A stretch of DNA of 64,000 nt from Azolla caroliniana (Eukaryota > Plantae > Polypodiophyta): positions 17,112,001-17,176,000 of the forward strand of contig JBHGNT010000005.1 of assembly GCA_043228905.1 (NCBI GenBank), given 5' to 3'. The notes beneath the pieces are model-generated. The model worked only from the letters and a program-made list of their open reading frames with translations, searched no databases and was not told the DNA's origin. The position numbers and the translations under genes were made by a program. Below, in pieces: positions 1 to 13,000 of this stretch; the first letter of the stretch is position 1, and each line of letters begins with the position of its first letter.

Positions 1-157
1 TTACGATTGTGATAGTATACATGTATTAGTTAGCAGAAGAAAAGGTAAGGTTGTAGGCTGTAGTCTTATGTGTGGATCCAATGTGGCTAGTGTTTTTAGC
101 AATGGCATGTGTTTGTTGGAAAATGGGAAAGAAAAGATGCGATGTGTCCATGCAGAT

Positions 158-3100
158 TGTTGAATCTGGAGTAATGGAGGCGGACGAGCTGCTGTTTTCT
201 GGCCTGCACAGAAAATGTCGAACACACACACACACAGAGAAAAACAGCACACACGAAAAAAACAGAAAAGAGAAAGACAAAACTTTTTGGGGGCCAATGA
301 AACCCTCATTTCTATTAGTTTATATACCTATGCGTAAATAGTAAGAAATTACAGATTTGGCCTTTTCTTACTATCAATCTCCCACTAAAAGGCCAAACTA
401 GGGATCAACAAAGCTGATGGGGAGATTGAACAAGACCTACACATCCTACTTGATGAGTATGTTACACAATGTACAAGAAACAATGTGTAACCTCATGACC
501 TAAGTTATCCCCATCAAGTGGCAGCAATGCTCTAGTGCTTCGTGCGATAGAGCCTTGGTCAACGCATCTGCGGCATTGTCTTGAGAGACAACTTTCTCAA
601 GACTAATATAGCCAGCAGCTATGCATTCTCGAATGAAGTGATATCTCACTCCAATGTGCTTGGTCTTCGCATGGTATACTGGGTTTTTAGCCAATGCAAT
701 GGCACTCTGACTATCACAAAACAATATGGGTACAAGCTTAGATATGCCCATGTCACAAGCTAATCTGGACAGCCATACGGCTTCCTTACAAGCTTCGCTA
801 GCTGCGACATACTCTGCTTCTGTAGTGGACAGAGCAGTACATTTTTGGAGACGAGATCTCCAAGATATCGCACCTCCCATAAACTGAAAAATATATCCTG
901 AAGTGGATTTTCTGCTGTCAGAGCAGCCAGCATAATCAGAATCTGTGTATCCGATGATGGATACAGTTCCACCACCTAAACATAGACACCTATTCTTAGT
1001 GCCACACAGATATCTTAAAATCAGTTTAACTGCCTCCCAATGTTTATTACCAGGATTGGACATAAATCTGCTCACAGCTCCCACTGCGAAAGCAATGTCT
1101 GGTCTGGTCGCTATCATAGCGTACATAAGACTCCCAACAGCGGATTGATAAGGAACCTTGGACATGAATTTCTTGTCCTCATCGGATGTGGGGCAATCAC
1201 GTGTGCTCAGATTTACATATGAAGGTAGTGGAGTGCTTAACGGCTTCGCATTCTCCATATTAAACCTCATGAGCACTTTCGATATGTACTCAGCCTGAGA
1301 CAAGTAAATACATCGCTTACTCCTATCACGAGTGATACGCATACCAAGAATATGTTTTGCATCTCCCAAATCCTTCATGTCAAAATTCTGGCTCAAGTTT
1401 TTCTTTAACGAGGATAACTCATCCTTGTTTTTACCAGCAATAAGCATGTCATCAACATATAATATCAATGTGATAAAACTCCCATCTGAACAGTTTTTCG
1501 TATAAAGACATGCATCTTCATTGCTTCTAGTACATCCTTGAGTCTTCATAAAGGCATCAAATTTCTGATACCATAACCTCGGGGACTGCTTAAGCCCATA
1601 CAAACTCTTCTTGAGCTTACATACCAAATGTTCTTTTCCCAATACTTCATAACCTTCTGGTTGTTCCATATAAATGTCCTCATCAAGGTCCCCATGCAAG
1701 AAAGCAGTCTTCACATCCATTTGGACAAGTTCCAAATTCTGATTTGCAGCCAATGAAAGCAACATACGTAATGTAGTCATCTTAACTACAGGAGAAAAGG
1801 TTTCATCAAAGTCAATTCCATATTCTTGCTTGAAACCTTTTGCAACCAAGCGTGCTTTATACTTTGGAGAAGCACTATCAGATGTATACTTATACTTGTA
1901 TACCCATTTGCATGGCAATGCTTTCCTGTCCTTTGGCAAAGGTACTAAATCCCAAGTACCATTTTTATAAATGCTGTCCAATTCACTTTGCATGGCCTGT
2001 TTCCATTTCACATGGTCATTTACAGATATGGCTTCATTGTAACATGAAGGCTCACCGGCATCTGTTAGCATTACATAATCAGCAAACTTACTAGGTGCCT
2101 TGGGCACACGCATAGATCTCCTCAATGAATCCTGAACCTGAGTGCCATCAGGTTGTGCATGAGAAACCTCATTCTGAGCATCATCATTATGAGCATATTC
2201 TTGCTGAAAAACATCATTTTGCACATCATTGTGCTGAGCATTATCATTTTGGGCATCTTCATCCTGGTCAATAACAGTTTTTTGTGACTGCGGAGCATCT
2301 ACATCAATAAGATTTTTCTGTTTTTCATCAACAAAAGGCGTACTATCTTTAAATGCAACCTTTCTCACTTCTACCTCCTTTACGGACTGTTTATGCATTT
2401 TGTTCTCGTCAAAAACAACATCACTACTTCTGACCACAGTACGTGTGTCAGGGTCCCATAAGCGATATCCAAACTGTCCATCAATTCCGTAACCAAGAAA
2501 TATACATTTTCTGCATTTATAGTCTAATTTCTTTCTTAAAGTTTTTGGAATGTGTACATACGCTTCGCATCCAAAAACTCTAAGATGAGCATAATGAGGT
2601 GTCTTGCCAGTCCACACCTCTTGTGCCACTCTTAGACCTATGGCTGTGTTCGGTGATAGGTTAATCACATGGACTGCTGTTAAAACAGCTTCTGCCCAAA
2701 AGCCTTGCGAGAGGTTTGCATGGTGTAGCATGGAGACAACTCTGTCCTGGATGGTTCTATTCATCCTCTCAGCCACACCATTTTGGACAGGGGTGTAAGG
2801 AGCTGTAAACTCTCTCCGAATACCTCTAGACTTACAAAAGTCAACAAATTCGTGAGAGGTATACTCACCTCCATTGTCCGAACGTAAAGCCTTAAGCTTT
2901 ATGTCCTTTTCTAGCTCAACCGAACTAAGCCATTTTCTGAAAGTGGGGTATACATCATCCTTTCCCTTAATTGGATAAGCCCAAACTTTCCTAGTGGCAT
3001 CATCAATGAAAGTAACAAAATATAGGGCACCACCCAAAGATCTTGTGGGCATAGGTCCACAAACATCCGTGTGGACAAGATCCAATGGTTTAGTGGATGA

Positions 3101-5359
3101 GTTTACACTAGTCTTATGTGCACTTCTAGTTTGCTTACCATGTTGACAATGCTCACATAAGGCAAAATCAGAGAATGACAACTTAGGTAAGTGGCCATAA
3201 CGAGATAGGATTTCCATGCCATTTCTTGACATGTGGCCCAAACGACCATGCCAAATGCTCGTCATTGGCTGGTCTGTGACAGCCAACAAGTGTTCCTTTT
3301 GATGAACAAATAGAGGGTAGAGGGAACCAACTTTGTTCCCTTTTGCAACAATCATATTTCCTTTCGTTATACGAAAGGATTGAGAAGCAAACATCACCTT
3401 ATATCCATTGTCATCAAGCTGACCAACGGAGATCAAACTACGAGTTAGTTGGGGAACATGGCGTACATCTTTAATGGTCAAATGAGCACCATCACTAAAA
3501 TGCATTGAGATATCTCCAATGCCAATCACATCACATTGATGTGAGTCTCCAAGTCGAACTTTCCCAAGCGACTTGGCTTCATAACATGTGAACCACTCTC
3601 TATGTGGAGTCACATGAAACGATGCACCGGAGTCCAACAACCACGTATATGATGGAGAAAAAACCGTGTTCACCCCAGCATGTGTGCTAACATCATCTAG
3701 GACCAAGATGTCCGTCTCACCACATGTTGCATTTACTTCCTCCGTTTCCAACGAGGAAGAGGGACCACTAGATTGTCTACCATGCCCTCTAGCATTATCT
3801 TTCTCCTTATTTTTAAGGGCATAACAATCTTTCTTAAGGTGACCCTTTTTATGACAGTAATGGCACTCCATATTTTTCTTCCTAGATTTGCTTCTACCTC
3901 TATCATTTCCACCACTATTTCTTGTTTGGCTCCTACCACGATGTTGGTTCTTGCGAGGACCAACATCAGAAACATTATATGCATCTCCATTATGTGATGC
4001 AATCACAGATTTTCTACGAATTTCTTCACCTAAAAGTGCTCCACATATATCATTATAGACTAGTTTCCCGTTTGGTGCACTAGCACTAATGGCAGTGCAA
4101 AAGGTGTCCCATGATGTAGGCAAAGTGCATAACAGAAATACACATTTCAGCTCATCATCCAAAATCATTTTCTGAGCTAGTAGTTGTGACCACAATGCAT
4201 CAAAGTCGTTCAAATGAGAGGCGACACTGTCATTGTCCTTCATTCGAAGATCATAAAGTTTTCTCATTAGATAAACTTTGTTTGATGCGGTCTCTTTTTC
4301 ATATGTGTTGCATAATTTGGTCCATAGTATTTCAGCCGAGTCACAATCTAGGACCGTGAAATACACATTGTCGGCTAGGTGTAGTCTTATAGTAGACATT
4401 GCCAAGAGATCGAGCTCTTCCCAATCATCTTTGGTCATGCCCTCAGGTCTCTTGGCTTCACCACTTAATGGTCTTAATTGCCTTCTTTGAATCAGGACAT
4501 CTCTCATCTGATTCTTCCACAAGGCAAAGTTGGATCCGTCAAATTTACGGATCTCAAGGTGGTCTTTTCCACTCATAGGGTGATTTCTATGGGAATTGAA
4601 CGAACCACCGCGTGAGGTACTTGAAACCTCGGACATTTCAGAGGCAGCCATTTGGAAGCTAGGTAAACTTGGTCAATCCCAAATATAAACAACTAACAAT
4701 AGTTGAGACACTACTCCCTACCTAGTCTCAAGCCGTGTTCTAGGGTAGGTATGTGTGTTCGATTGAGGACAACACCTCTTTCTTATATCAGCCAAGGTAA
4801 AATGTCTGTAACCAAGACGTAACTTCAACGTCACAAACTCACATCAAGTGAGCAAGCATCGAAAGGAGAAAAAAAAGAAACCAAACACAGGTTCTTTTGC
4901 GTGTAAATCCTCACTTCTGTATACTAGAAACAACAAGTCTTCTCTGTTTCTACCTTCCACCAAGGTCTATTTTTCCCCAAAAAATAGGCACACAAAAAAA
5001 ACTGTTCAAGACGGAAACGTGTAGTAGATATTACCTCTGTCGAGGTCCTGGAAAAATAGCATGCGCAGAGGGGGAAAAACGCAGAAATGTAGATGCTTGT
5101 TGCTACACACAGTCTCACAAAGTCCACGCTCTGATACCACTGTTGAATCTGGAGTAATGGAGGCGGACGAGCTGCTGTTTTCTGGCCTGCACAGAAAATG
5201 TCGAACACACACACACACAGAGAAAAACAGCACACACGAAAAAAACAGAAAAGAGAAAGACAAAACTTTTTGGGGGCCAATGAAACCCTCATTTCTATTA
5301 GTTTATATACCTATGCGTAAATAGTAAGAAATTACAGATTTGGCCTTTTCTTACTATCA
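158..5359 (-). mobile_element. Intact Ty1/copia LTR retrotransposon (Tnt1/Tork-like), 'Copia-1'
   Basis: LTRs 158-376 and 5141-5359 (219 bp, TG..CA, identical by eye); TSD CAGAT at 153-157 and 5360-5364; tRNA-iMet PBS (TGGTATCAGAGC, minus strand 5128-5139); PPT next to 377; single uninterrupted polyprotein ORF. Confidence 0.98.
500..4651 (-). CDS. Copia Gag-Pol polyprotein (Gag, CCHC knuckle, protease, integrase, RT, RNase H), 1383 aa
   Basis: CHYCHKKGHLKKDC, WLLDSGAS, WHGRLGH..CEHC, HTDVCGP/LRSDNGGEY/NGVAER, YKARLVAKG, QMDVKTAFLHG, LYVDDML, YTDSDYAG, TKHIGVRYHF in copia order. Confidence 0.98.
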   Translation of the reverse strand: MAASEMSEVSSTSRGGSFNSHRNHPMSGKDHLEIRKFDGSNFALWKNQMRDVLIQRRQLRPLSGEAKRPEGMTKDDWEELDLLAMSTIRLHLADNVYFTVLDCDSAEILWTKLCNTYEKETASNKVYLMRKLYDLRMKDNDSVASHLNDFDALWSQLLAQKMILDDELKCVFLLCTLPTSWDTFCTAISASAPNGKLVYNDICGALLGEEIRRKSVIASHNGDAYNVSDVGPRKNQHRGRSQTRNSGGNDRGRSKSRKKNMECHYCHKKGHLKKDCYALKNKEKDNARGHGRQSSGPSSSLETEEVNATCGETDILVLDDVSTHAGVNTVFSPSYTWLLDSGASFHVTPHREWFTCYEAKSLGKVRLGDSHQCDVIGIGDISMHFSDGAHLTIKDVRHVPQLTRSLISVGQLDDNGYKVMFASQSFRITKGNMIVAKGNKVGSLYPLFVHQKEHLLAVTDQPMTSIWHGRLGHMSRNGMEILSRYGHLPKLSFSDFALCEHCQHGKQTRSAHKTSVNSSTKPLDLVHTDVCGPMPTRSLGGALYFVTFIDDATRKVWAYPIKGKDDVYPTFRKWLSSVELEKDIKLKALRSDNGGEYTSHEFVDFCKSRGIRREFTAPYTPVQNGVAERMNRTIQDRVVSMLHHANLSQGFWAEAVLTAVHVINLSPNTAIGLRVAQEVWTGKTPHYAHLRVFGCEAYVHIPKTLRKKLDYKCRKCIFLGYGIDGQFGYRLWDPDTRTVVRSSDVVFDENKMHKQSVKEVEVRKVAFKDSTPFVDEKQKNLIDVDAPQSQKTVIDQDEDAQNDNAQHNDVQNDVFQQEYAHNDDAQNEVSHAQPDGTQVQDSLRRSMRVPKAPSKFADYVMLTDAGEPSCYNEAISVNDHVKWKQAMQSELDSIYKNGTWDLVPLPKDRKALPCKWVYKYKYTSDSASPKYKARLVAKGFKQEYGIDFDETFSPVVKMTTLRMLLSLAANQNLELVQMDVKTAFLHGDLDEDIYMEQPEGYEVLGKEHLVCKLKKSLYGLKQSPRLWYQKFDAFMKTQGCTRSNEDACLYTKNCSDGSFITLILYVDDMLIAGKNKDELSSLKKNLSQNFDMKDLGDAKHILGMRITRDRSKRCIYLSQAEYISKVLMRFNMENAKPLSTPLPSYVNLSTRDCPTSDEDKKFMSKVPYQSAVGSLMYAMIATRPDIAFAVGAVSRFMSNPGNKHWEAVKLILRYLCGTKNRCLCLGGGTVSIIGYTDSDYAGCSDSRKSTSGYIFQFMGGAISWRSRLQKCTALSTTEAEYVAASEACKEAVWLSRLACDMGISKLVPILFCDSQSAIALAKNPVYHAKTKHIGVRYHFIRECIAAGYISLEKVVSQDNAADALTKALSHEALEHCCHLMGIT

Positions 5360-5541
5360 CAGATCCGATCAGAGATTTACGGTCTGAAAAAGTAAAAGAG
5401 AAGAAATATAGATGCCTGCTAAATTTGGGTGCCACCATGAAAAGAGGAGGAAAGGAAATAGGAGGCATGTCTAAGTCTCTTATTAACTGAATTCAACTGA
5501 ACATAGCAACCATGTCCGCAGGAAGACCGTGTGTGTGTGTC

Positions 5542-5553
5542 TATATATATAAA
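5542..5553 (+). promoter_or_regulatory. Probable TATA box of the lipase gene
   Basis: TATATATATAAA about 70 bp upstream of the ATG at 5621. Confidence 0.5.
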
Positions 5554-5620
5554 GTGCAAATGGCCATGAGGAGGAGAAAAGGTGTGGGTAGTAAGATTCT
5601 GACTGAGCTGAGGTGCAGAG

Positions 5621-8391
5621 ATGGATTTTGGTACTAGGAAGAAAGAAGAAGAGAAGCTGTGTTATGTGAGTACTCATTTCGATGCGTCCTTGAAGGATGT
5701 GTTTCTGGCGGCTCTGCCCTTGTATGGCGCCACGCCGGGTGTAGACGATGGCAAGCGCCCGCCTTACCGGCCGCCCCTTCAGAATACATGGCAGGCCAAC
5801 CTCTCGGCCATCCTCATTAACCTCCTCAACCTTGCCCACTCCCCCCTCCACCTCACCGGCCGCTCCTTCGAGGCTTTTCTCAACTTCGTCCATCGCCATC
5901 TCTTCGCGCTCCGAGACGGTACTCTCTCTCTCTCTCTCTCTCTCTCTCGGACACCACAGCTCCCCACAGGCTTTCCCCATGTCAATGCATGTCATATTAT
6001 GTCATGTCAATGCATGTCATATTATGTCATGCCATGTCATGTCATATTATGTCATGCCATGTCATGCCAATGCATGTCATGCCATGTCATGTCAATGCAT
6101 GTCATGCCATGTCATGTCAATGCATGTCATGCCATATCATGTCAATGCATGTCATGCCATATCATGTCAATGCATGTCATGCCATATCATGTCAATGCAT
6201 GTCCTTCCATATCATGTCCATGCATGTCATATTATGTCATGCCATACCATGTCAATGCAGGTCATGCCGTATCATGTCAATGCATGTCATGCCGTATCAT
6301 GTCAATGCATGTCATATTATGTCATGTCATATCATGTCATGCCATGTCCATGCATGTCATATTATGTCATGCCATATCATGTCAATGCAGGTCATGCCAT
6401 ATCATGTCAATGCATGTCATGCCGTATCATCCCATGTCATATTATGTCATGCCATATCATGTCAATGCAGGTCATGCCATATCATGTCAATGCATGTCAT
6501 GCCGTATCATCCCATGTCATATTATGTCATGCCATCGTCATCGTCATCGTCATCGATTCGCTTGCTTGTTATGTCATGTCATGTCATGTCATCATCATCG
6601 ATTTGCTTACTTGCTTGTTTGCAATTCTCGATCTCGTTTCCTCAGCCTAAATTCATTCATTGGTTTCTTCGTTCCTTGATTCATGTGATATGTTAAAAAC
6701 TATACCCACAGACCCGCCGTACGATTACTCTGTCATTGGCTGGCTCGATCCACGCCTGGATTTGCTCATCACTAAATCCGACCATGTGCCGCCTCAACAA
6801 TACGGGTTTGTCACCAAGGACTTCCTTGACCTCGCCATCATGGCCTCCAAGCTTGCCTATGAGTCGGAAAAAGTCCAACGATATGGCGTTACGGAGAGAT
6901 GGAAGGTATCGGTAACATATTGATGCGTAACAAATGTATGTTGATTAATTATCCGTGTGTGCGTGTTAAGGCACATAATGCGTGCATATTCACACAATGC
7001 TTCTTTCAATTGATTTAATTACTCACTAATCGTGGCCATACTTTGTTGATGCATCAGATGTCGTATTACAAGTTCTACGACTGTTACAATGGTAAATAAA
7101 CACATTAGCGAACATGGATGATTGATCAATTCGGTTATTAATATGAATTGTCAATTCTTTAAGTATGCATGAGAAAAATCTCTCCATGGCATTCCCATGC
7201 ATGTGCATGCCCTAATTCCAACTTGTGATATAATGTTTTCCTTTTACGTAGATCCGGCCGAGTCCAATACAACACAAGCTTTTGTATTCACTGATAAACC
7301 CAATGATGCTAGTATCATATTCCTTGCCTTTCGGGGGACGGAGCCCTTCAACACCACCGACTGGTGCACAGATTTTGATTTCGCATGGTTTGAGCTTGGC
7401 GATTGGGAAGGGGGTCTCCACATCGGCTTCTTGGAAGCTCTAGGCCTAGTAAATAGAGACAAGAAATGGACAATGGAAACATTGCAGGAAAATGTCCTCA
7501 ACAAAACACCGTGCGCGAGTGGTCTAAGTAGGGCTAACATGCTGAAACCCCGATTGAATGGGGATAAATTGCTAGCATATGATGCCATTACCCAAGATAT
7601 AGAGGCATTATTAGAAGCGAATCCGAATGCCAAGTTCTATGTGTCGGGACATAGCCTAGGGGGTGCCTTGGCACTTACTTTTGCTAGCATGCTCATCTTG
7701 ATGAGGCGCAAAGGCGACACTATTTTGGAGAAGTTGTCAGGAGTTTATACGTTTGGGCAACCGAGGATTGGGGATAGGATATTCTCCAAGACCTTGGATA
7801 ACAAGATGGAAGACCTAAATGTAGACTATTATAGGATAGTCTATTGCAATGACATGGTTTGTCGGGTCCCGTTCGACGATGATGTCTTCCAATTCAAGCA
7901 CGCGGGGCATACATGCTTCTATTATAACAGTATGTTTGAAGAAAAGGTATCAATTTACAACTCTTTCTAATACAAATTTTTGGAAAAAAATGCATATATC
8001 AAAGAACATTGAAGTCTAAATTATAATACACTAATAAGTATTGATTGATAAGAGTAGTTTGAGCCTAGTTGGTATTATGCCTCTACAGGATCTTGAAGAG
8101 GCTCCCAATAAGAACTTCTTTTCTCCACTCTATGTGATTCCAATGTGGCTCAATGCTATTTGGGAGTTGGTCCAAGGACAAATAGGGCAATTCATATATG
8201 GCAAGGACTTTAAGGAGGGAACCTTGTCCATCTTACAGAGAATCCTAGGCCTTCTGCTCCCGGGGATCGCAGGCCATATGCCAACGAATTACGTAAATGC
8301 GATACGATTAGGCCCACCAATCCTCTTCAGAAGAAGATTGGGAACTCAATACATGTCGAAGCCTTCCAAATATGAGATGGCCAACGGTTGA
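5621..8391 (+). CDS. Class 3 triacylglycerol lipase, oil-body-lipase (OBL1)-like; exons 5621-5918, 6712-6905, 7058-7091, 7252-7946, 8089-8391
   Basis: GT-AG junctions keep one frame; motifs IGWLDPRLDL, MASKLAYE, FYDCYN, TQAFVF, AFRGTEPF, DWCTDFDF, GHSLGGALA (nucleophile elbow), YTFGQPRIG, YRIVYCNDMVCRVP, terminal His in GIAGHMPTNYVN. Confidence 0.93.
5922..6590. repeat. (CT)n microsatellite followed by a ~610-bp 5-mer-based satellite (ATGTC/ATGCC/AATGC/ATATC) in lipase intron 1
   Basis: Directly visible tandem pentamer variants with 20-25 bp higher-order units. Confidence 0.95.
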
Positions 8392-10012
8392 CTTGGAAAA
8401 TTATGATTACTAGCAACAAAAAATTTCCCTCACTACAGTGTAGAACATGGTAACATAGTACATAAAGAAGTAGAACAGGGCAACATAGAAGTTGATATGC
8501 ATAAGACATATATTTAGATACATACATACACACACACACACATAGAGAGAGTCATGATATATACTAGTTGTACATGATGAATTGTACACGGCCAGAAGAT
8601 ATATGAAGAAGTGAATAATAATTTTACATGTAGGTTCTTAACTTCCACCATGAATATGAGAACAAACATCATTAATTAGTTCCATCTCATGTGTTTACAA
8701 CCTACATATGCAAATATTTAGTGCATGATTCTTGTCAACCTACATATGCCAATAATTAGTGGATAATTCTTCAGCCTACATATGTTGATAATTAGTGTAT
8801 AATTGAAATGGGTACTTTGATTTGGAGGCCTTTATTATGATATTATGATATTCATGAATGGGGATGTAGTTCGCATGGTTACAAAAATGTCAAATTTTAC
8901 AAGCAATGCAATTCATGGAATCCGTGCTACAAATTTTGTCATGAACATATCAAGTGCAAGTTATGATATCCTTAGTACAAAGTTTTGGTGTATAAACACC
9001 TATATTCTAAATTAACCTTGTTTTGGTCCATCCTCTCTTATAGTGTTGGTTACACAGTGATTGAGAAGGTTTCAATCCAAGAACACAAGAGATTAGATGA
9101 CTAAGAGTGTGCAATAGCACACTTGCATTGAACCATAATGGTTTGATAGTGAAAAAACTTTTGTACATAATAATGTTGAGCTCATGCATGGCCATGTAAA
9201 TTTTATGTAAGATTGCCAATTGGCAATCATCCACGTCAATCACTTGGCTACCATGTATGTTTATTATGCGCATCATGAATTTGTCAATGTCATGGAATGT
9301 AAGATTAATATGAGATGAACATGGCTATAAACATCAGATGTTATAGTACATTAAGGTTGAAGGTTCTCATTCAAGAGGTCAAGGGTTGAAATCTCTAAGA
9401 AGGCTATGTCATTTGTATGCATACTCATAAATGAAACCATCCTTCTCTTTCAAGGACAAGTTCCACGTGTAGCAATACACAAACTGATTGTCATGATAAC
9501 GGTCATGAAACCCTTTGAAAAGAGTTGGATTAAGGAGATTCTAGGAAGCTCCCATGTTCTATGTTTGACATTTGGCATAAACAATCAACTAGGTTAAGTA
9601 TAGTTTGTTATACAACCTTGAAGTCTAAAATGGCTTCAACCTCATAGTCCAAGGCATCAGCAGGTTGAACATGAAGTGCAGAAGGAACTAAGTGATGTGG
9701 AAGATAAGAGCTTGAAGCATAAGGTTCCAAAATCCATACACACATGATCACAACATCATTTAGGGAAAACTTCAGAAATCAATTCAGTTTACCGTCATAT
9801 CTTGTTTCTTCATGTAGGCAAAACTTCAGAAATCAATTCCAAAGGCCAATTTCAAAAATTTAAAGGCAGGATAATTGGGAAACCAAGACCTTGGATAAAC
9901 CCATGAGGACCTATGACACATGGTAACAAGTGGCAGTTTGGGAGCTTATCTCCCTTTACAAAGAAATGAAAAATCCACTCTCTATGGATGAGGTAGGTTT
10001 TTCATTCTACAT

Positions 10013-13000
10013 TCATGTAGTATTGGATGTAGCATGAATATATGTCAACAACCCATCCGATGGATCCAAGAAAGAGCCAGTCTCAAAGATTTGTTGGAAA
10101 AGATATCTATTGAAATTGTCGGTATTATGCACATTGTCCCAAAAAACCGATGCGTTTGGATTTTCACAATAAGTCGATGAAGCATCACCACAATTAATCA
10201 TTGCATTGTAGTAATATCCACCTCCACAACATGCATCAATTGTGTCTACAAACCCTGTTACAAAACACATGCAAAGCGGTGAGTGCTCTCTTATTTGAAA
10301 TGGCACATTCACCATCCAATCTACCACCATACAAGATGATCAAATCTTCGAATCAACACATTAGCTTTGTTCATGACATAATCGGTGGACACAGTGATAT
10401 AATGATTACCAAATGTTTGTTGATTCCTTGCAATGAAGAGATGAGCATCAGTCGCATCACCAAATAGAAAGGTAGCATTTGTGTATTTGTCCCTCATTAT
10501 TTCTACCTCTCGGTGAAGTAATAGGCTACTGTAACGTGCGATAATGTTGAGTTCTTGCACACATCCGTAATCATCCCTCACGGCATCCAAATTCAAAAAC
10601 AAACTTTGAGGTGTGCAACCAAGAGCCCGAGTACCAACTAGTAAGAAGTTCCGTGCTCCATTCAAGTATAATGTCTAGTTTGGCATTTAAAAAAGACAAG
10701 TTAACTTAGCTTCCACTAACTAATCCATGAAAACTAATCAATATTTAATTTCCTTTTATAAACCAAATTTATCATTAGGTAATTAACATAAGACAATCTA
10801 GGCTTGAGATTATTCATATTCATTTTATTTCATTAAATCCATGTTCATGGACAAAAGTAGCCATTCCTTAGAAACATTCATTTGTTGTAAGTACATTTAT
10901 TTTATGCCCATAAGAATACGGTCTGATAAGAACCGTGAATCATGTTGGGTAAAGTGAATGGTGGAGTTTTATAAAGATGAACCGCTTTCTCTAAGTACAG
11001 CGAATCATGTTGGGACATAGGCTTCACGTTATGGATTTTTTTAAATCAAACAAAGCAAATCATGAACCACATGACTGTCAATTTCTACCTATGGAATTAT
11101 CTACCAAATGTGAACTATAATTAAAATCCTCTCTAGCGTATATTAGATTCACATGCATGCATATCCTCTCTAGCATAAAAAAGGAGCATGATGATATTTG
11201 TTATGAATACCCACAACATGCCATGAGGGTGCGGGTGCGTCTGTGCACACATGCATGTGCAAGAGACAAGCGAGATTCTAGGCATGACCTTGAGATGCGT
11301 ATTCTGTTTCATGCAGCCACATGAATTTCTACAGCACCTAGTTTTAAAATAAGATATTTAAAATTGTTGCATGAAAAAATGGCATGACATTCGTGTATAC
11401 CATTCCATGTAATTTGAATACAAGAATTCAAATACAAAGTGGCATAAATAATACTCATATCCTAGAAGTCAAAAGCATATCTATATATACCTCTATTGAT
11501 GTCATCATGTCTAACAATTATGTGTATAAAAAAGGAGATAATAAAGTACGAAGCAAGGTATGGACGTGCAGAGCACAATGTGATATTACTTGCAAACAAT
11601 TATGGTTAAGTACGAGCTTCTAAATTTTGAAATTTGAGTTTAAATATATTTTCAAGCCAAGGCCGAGAACTCATTCTACTCATCACCGTGCTCAAAGTTA
11701 CACTATGAAGCTAGAGCATTTCCTTGCTAGAAAAGAGGCACTACTTTCTTAATTCACCCACAATGAAAAGGCTTGTCATTTTATCATAACTCTGCTTTAG
11801 CAACAATAACAGGTGGTGCATAGTTTGTCTCTTCTTATCCAGTATACATTTTCCTAATGAGAATAGTTCCCAATGTAAGCAGGCTCTCTAAGGGACAAGC
11901 TTAGTGTGGGCAGCTGGCTGGATGCATGATGACAAGCCCAATATTTGTGCGGCTTTATATTGATGTCAAGTTTTTATATTTATAGCTTATAGCCATGATC
12001 ACATTACTTCTACATCAGAAAGTTGAATCTCTTGGAAGGCTAGGTGTTTAGAAAGAAAAAAAGAATACCGACAAAAACTCTCGAACTGTTTTACCTCTAC
12101 AGTCTCGTGTATTGATTGGATGACCATAGGAGCAAGAATATTGAGAACAAAGTTCAGCGTGGACGCATTCAAATTAAAAGCGAATGCAAAGTCATTACCT
12201 CCGATGCTTATTATATAAAGCCCCTCGGCAAAGGAAGACAAGGAGGGCTTCCCTACAAACATTATGAAACATAAAACAATATACACAGATTAGATCGAAA
12301 TATGTGTTGCATAGCAGGTTTTCTATTGCAGAGAAAATAGAGAATGCACAGACAGCTATTCAACAAGAGAACGCAATGGACAAGGCAGAGATTTATACTA
12401 TGGCACCAAAACACTGAAATGCAGTTAACACAATGGGTTCTATACAGCTAGGGCATAAGATGCATGGGAATCTTAGTCCATTTCATGCCAATTTAATATA
12501 ACACAATCACTTGTAACTGTTTTAGAAGGATTGCGAGGCAGTTCAAAGAGAACGATTTGTGTCTCTCTATAGTGCTTGGAAGTGACGTAAAAAATCTAAT
12601 CTGCTAGGGCATAAACTTTGTGTTCAAACGTTTCTATAAGGCACAACATATGCCTATTTTTAAGTCAGACTGCTTTAATGTTGTTCTAAAATCAGATTCA
12701 CGGTATAAAAAGAGGTGACCTGATCAGATAGTTTTCTTCAAATTTATTTTTGTGTTAATTGAAAGGTAATACTTACATGGAAGCGTTTGATTGGGCGCAT
12801 TCTCCACCTCTGCCTTGAGAGTGAGATGCCATTGAACTTGATCTTCAAGACTACCATCAAAGGAGTCAGAGGGATAGATAGAAAGGCTCTCAAAGAGGGA
12901 GAGGTTGAGGGCCGTAGAACCAACGACCGCATAATTGACCCCCGAAGAGCTAAAGTCAGCAATCGAAGCATTGAGCTGGAATGGTGGAACTGTCGTGGGC

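Noticed and set aside
1-341. Small ORFs duplicated at 4924-5324
   Set aside because: Chance frames across the two identical LTRs.
5748-6696. Cys/His/Met-rich ORFs of 235-352 aa in all three forward frames (metallothionein-like appearance)
   Set aside because: They translate a stop-free pentamer satellite inside lipase intron 1; a clean GT at 5919 and AG at 6710-6711 restore the lipase frame.
8600-9900. Short CAACCTACATATG repeats and possible TE remnants between the lipase and GDSL genes
   Set aside because: No termini, TSD or coding similarity I can support.
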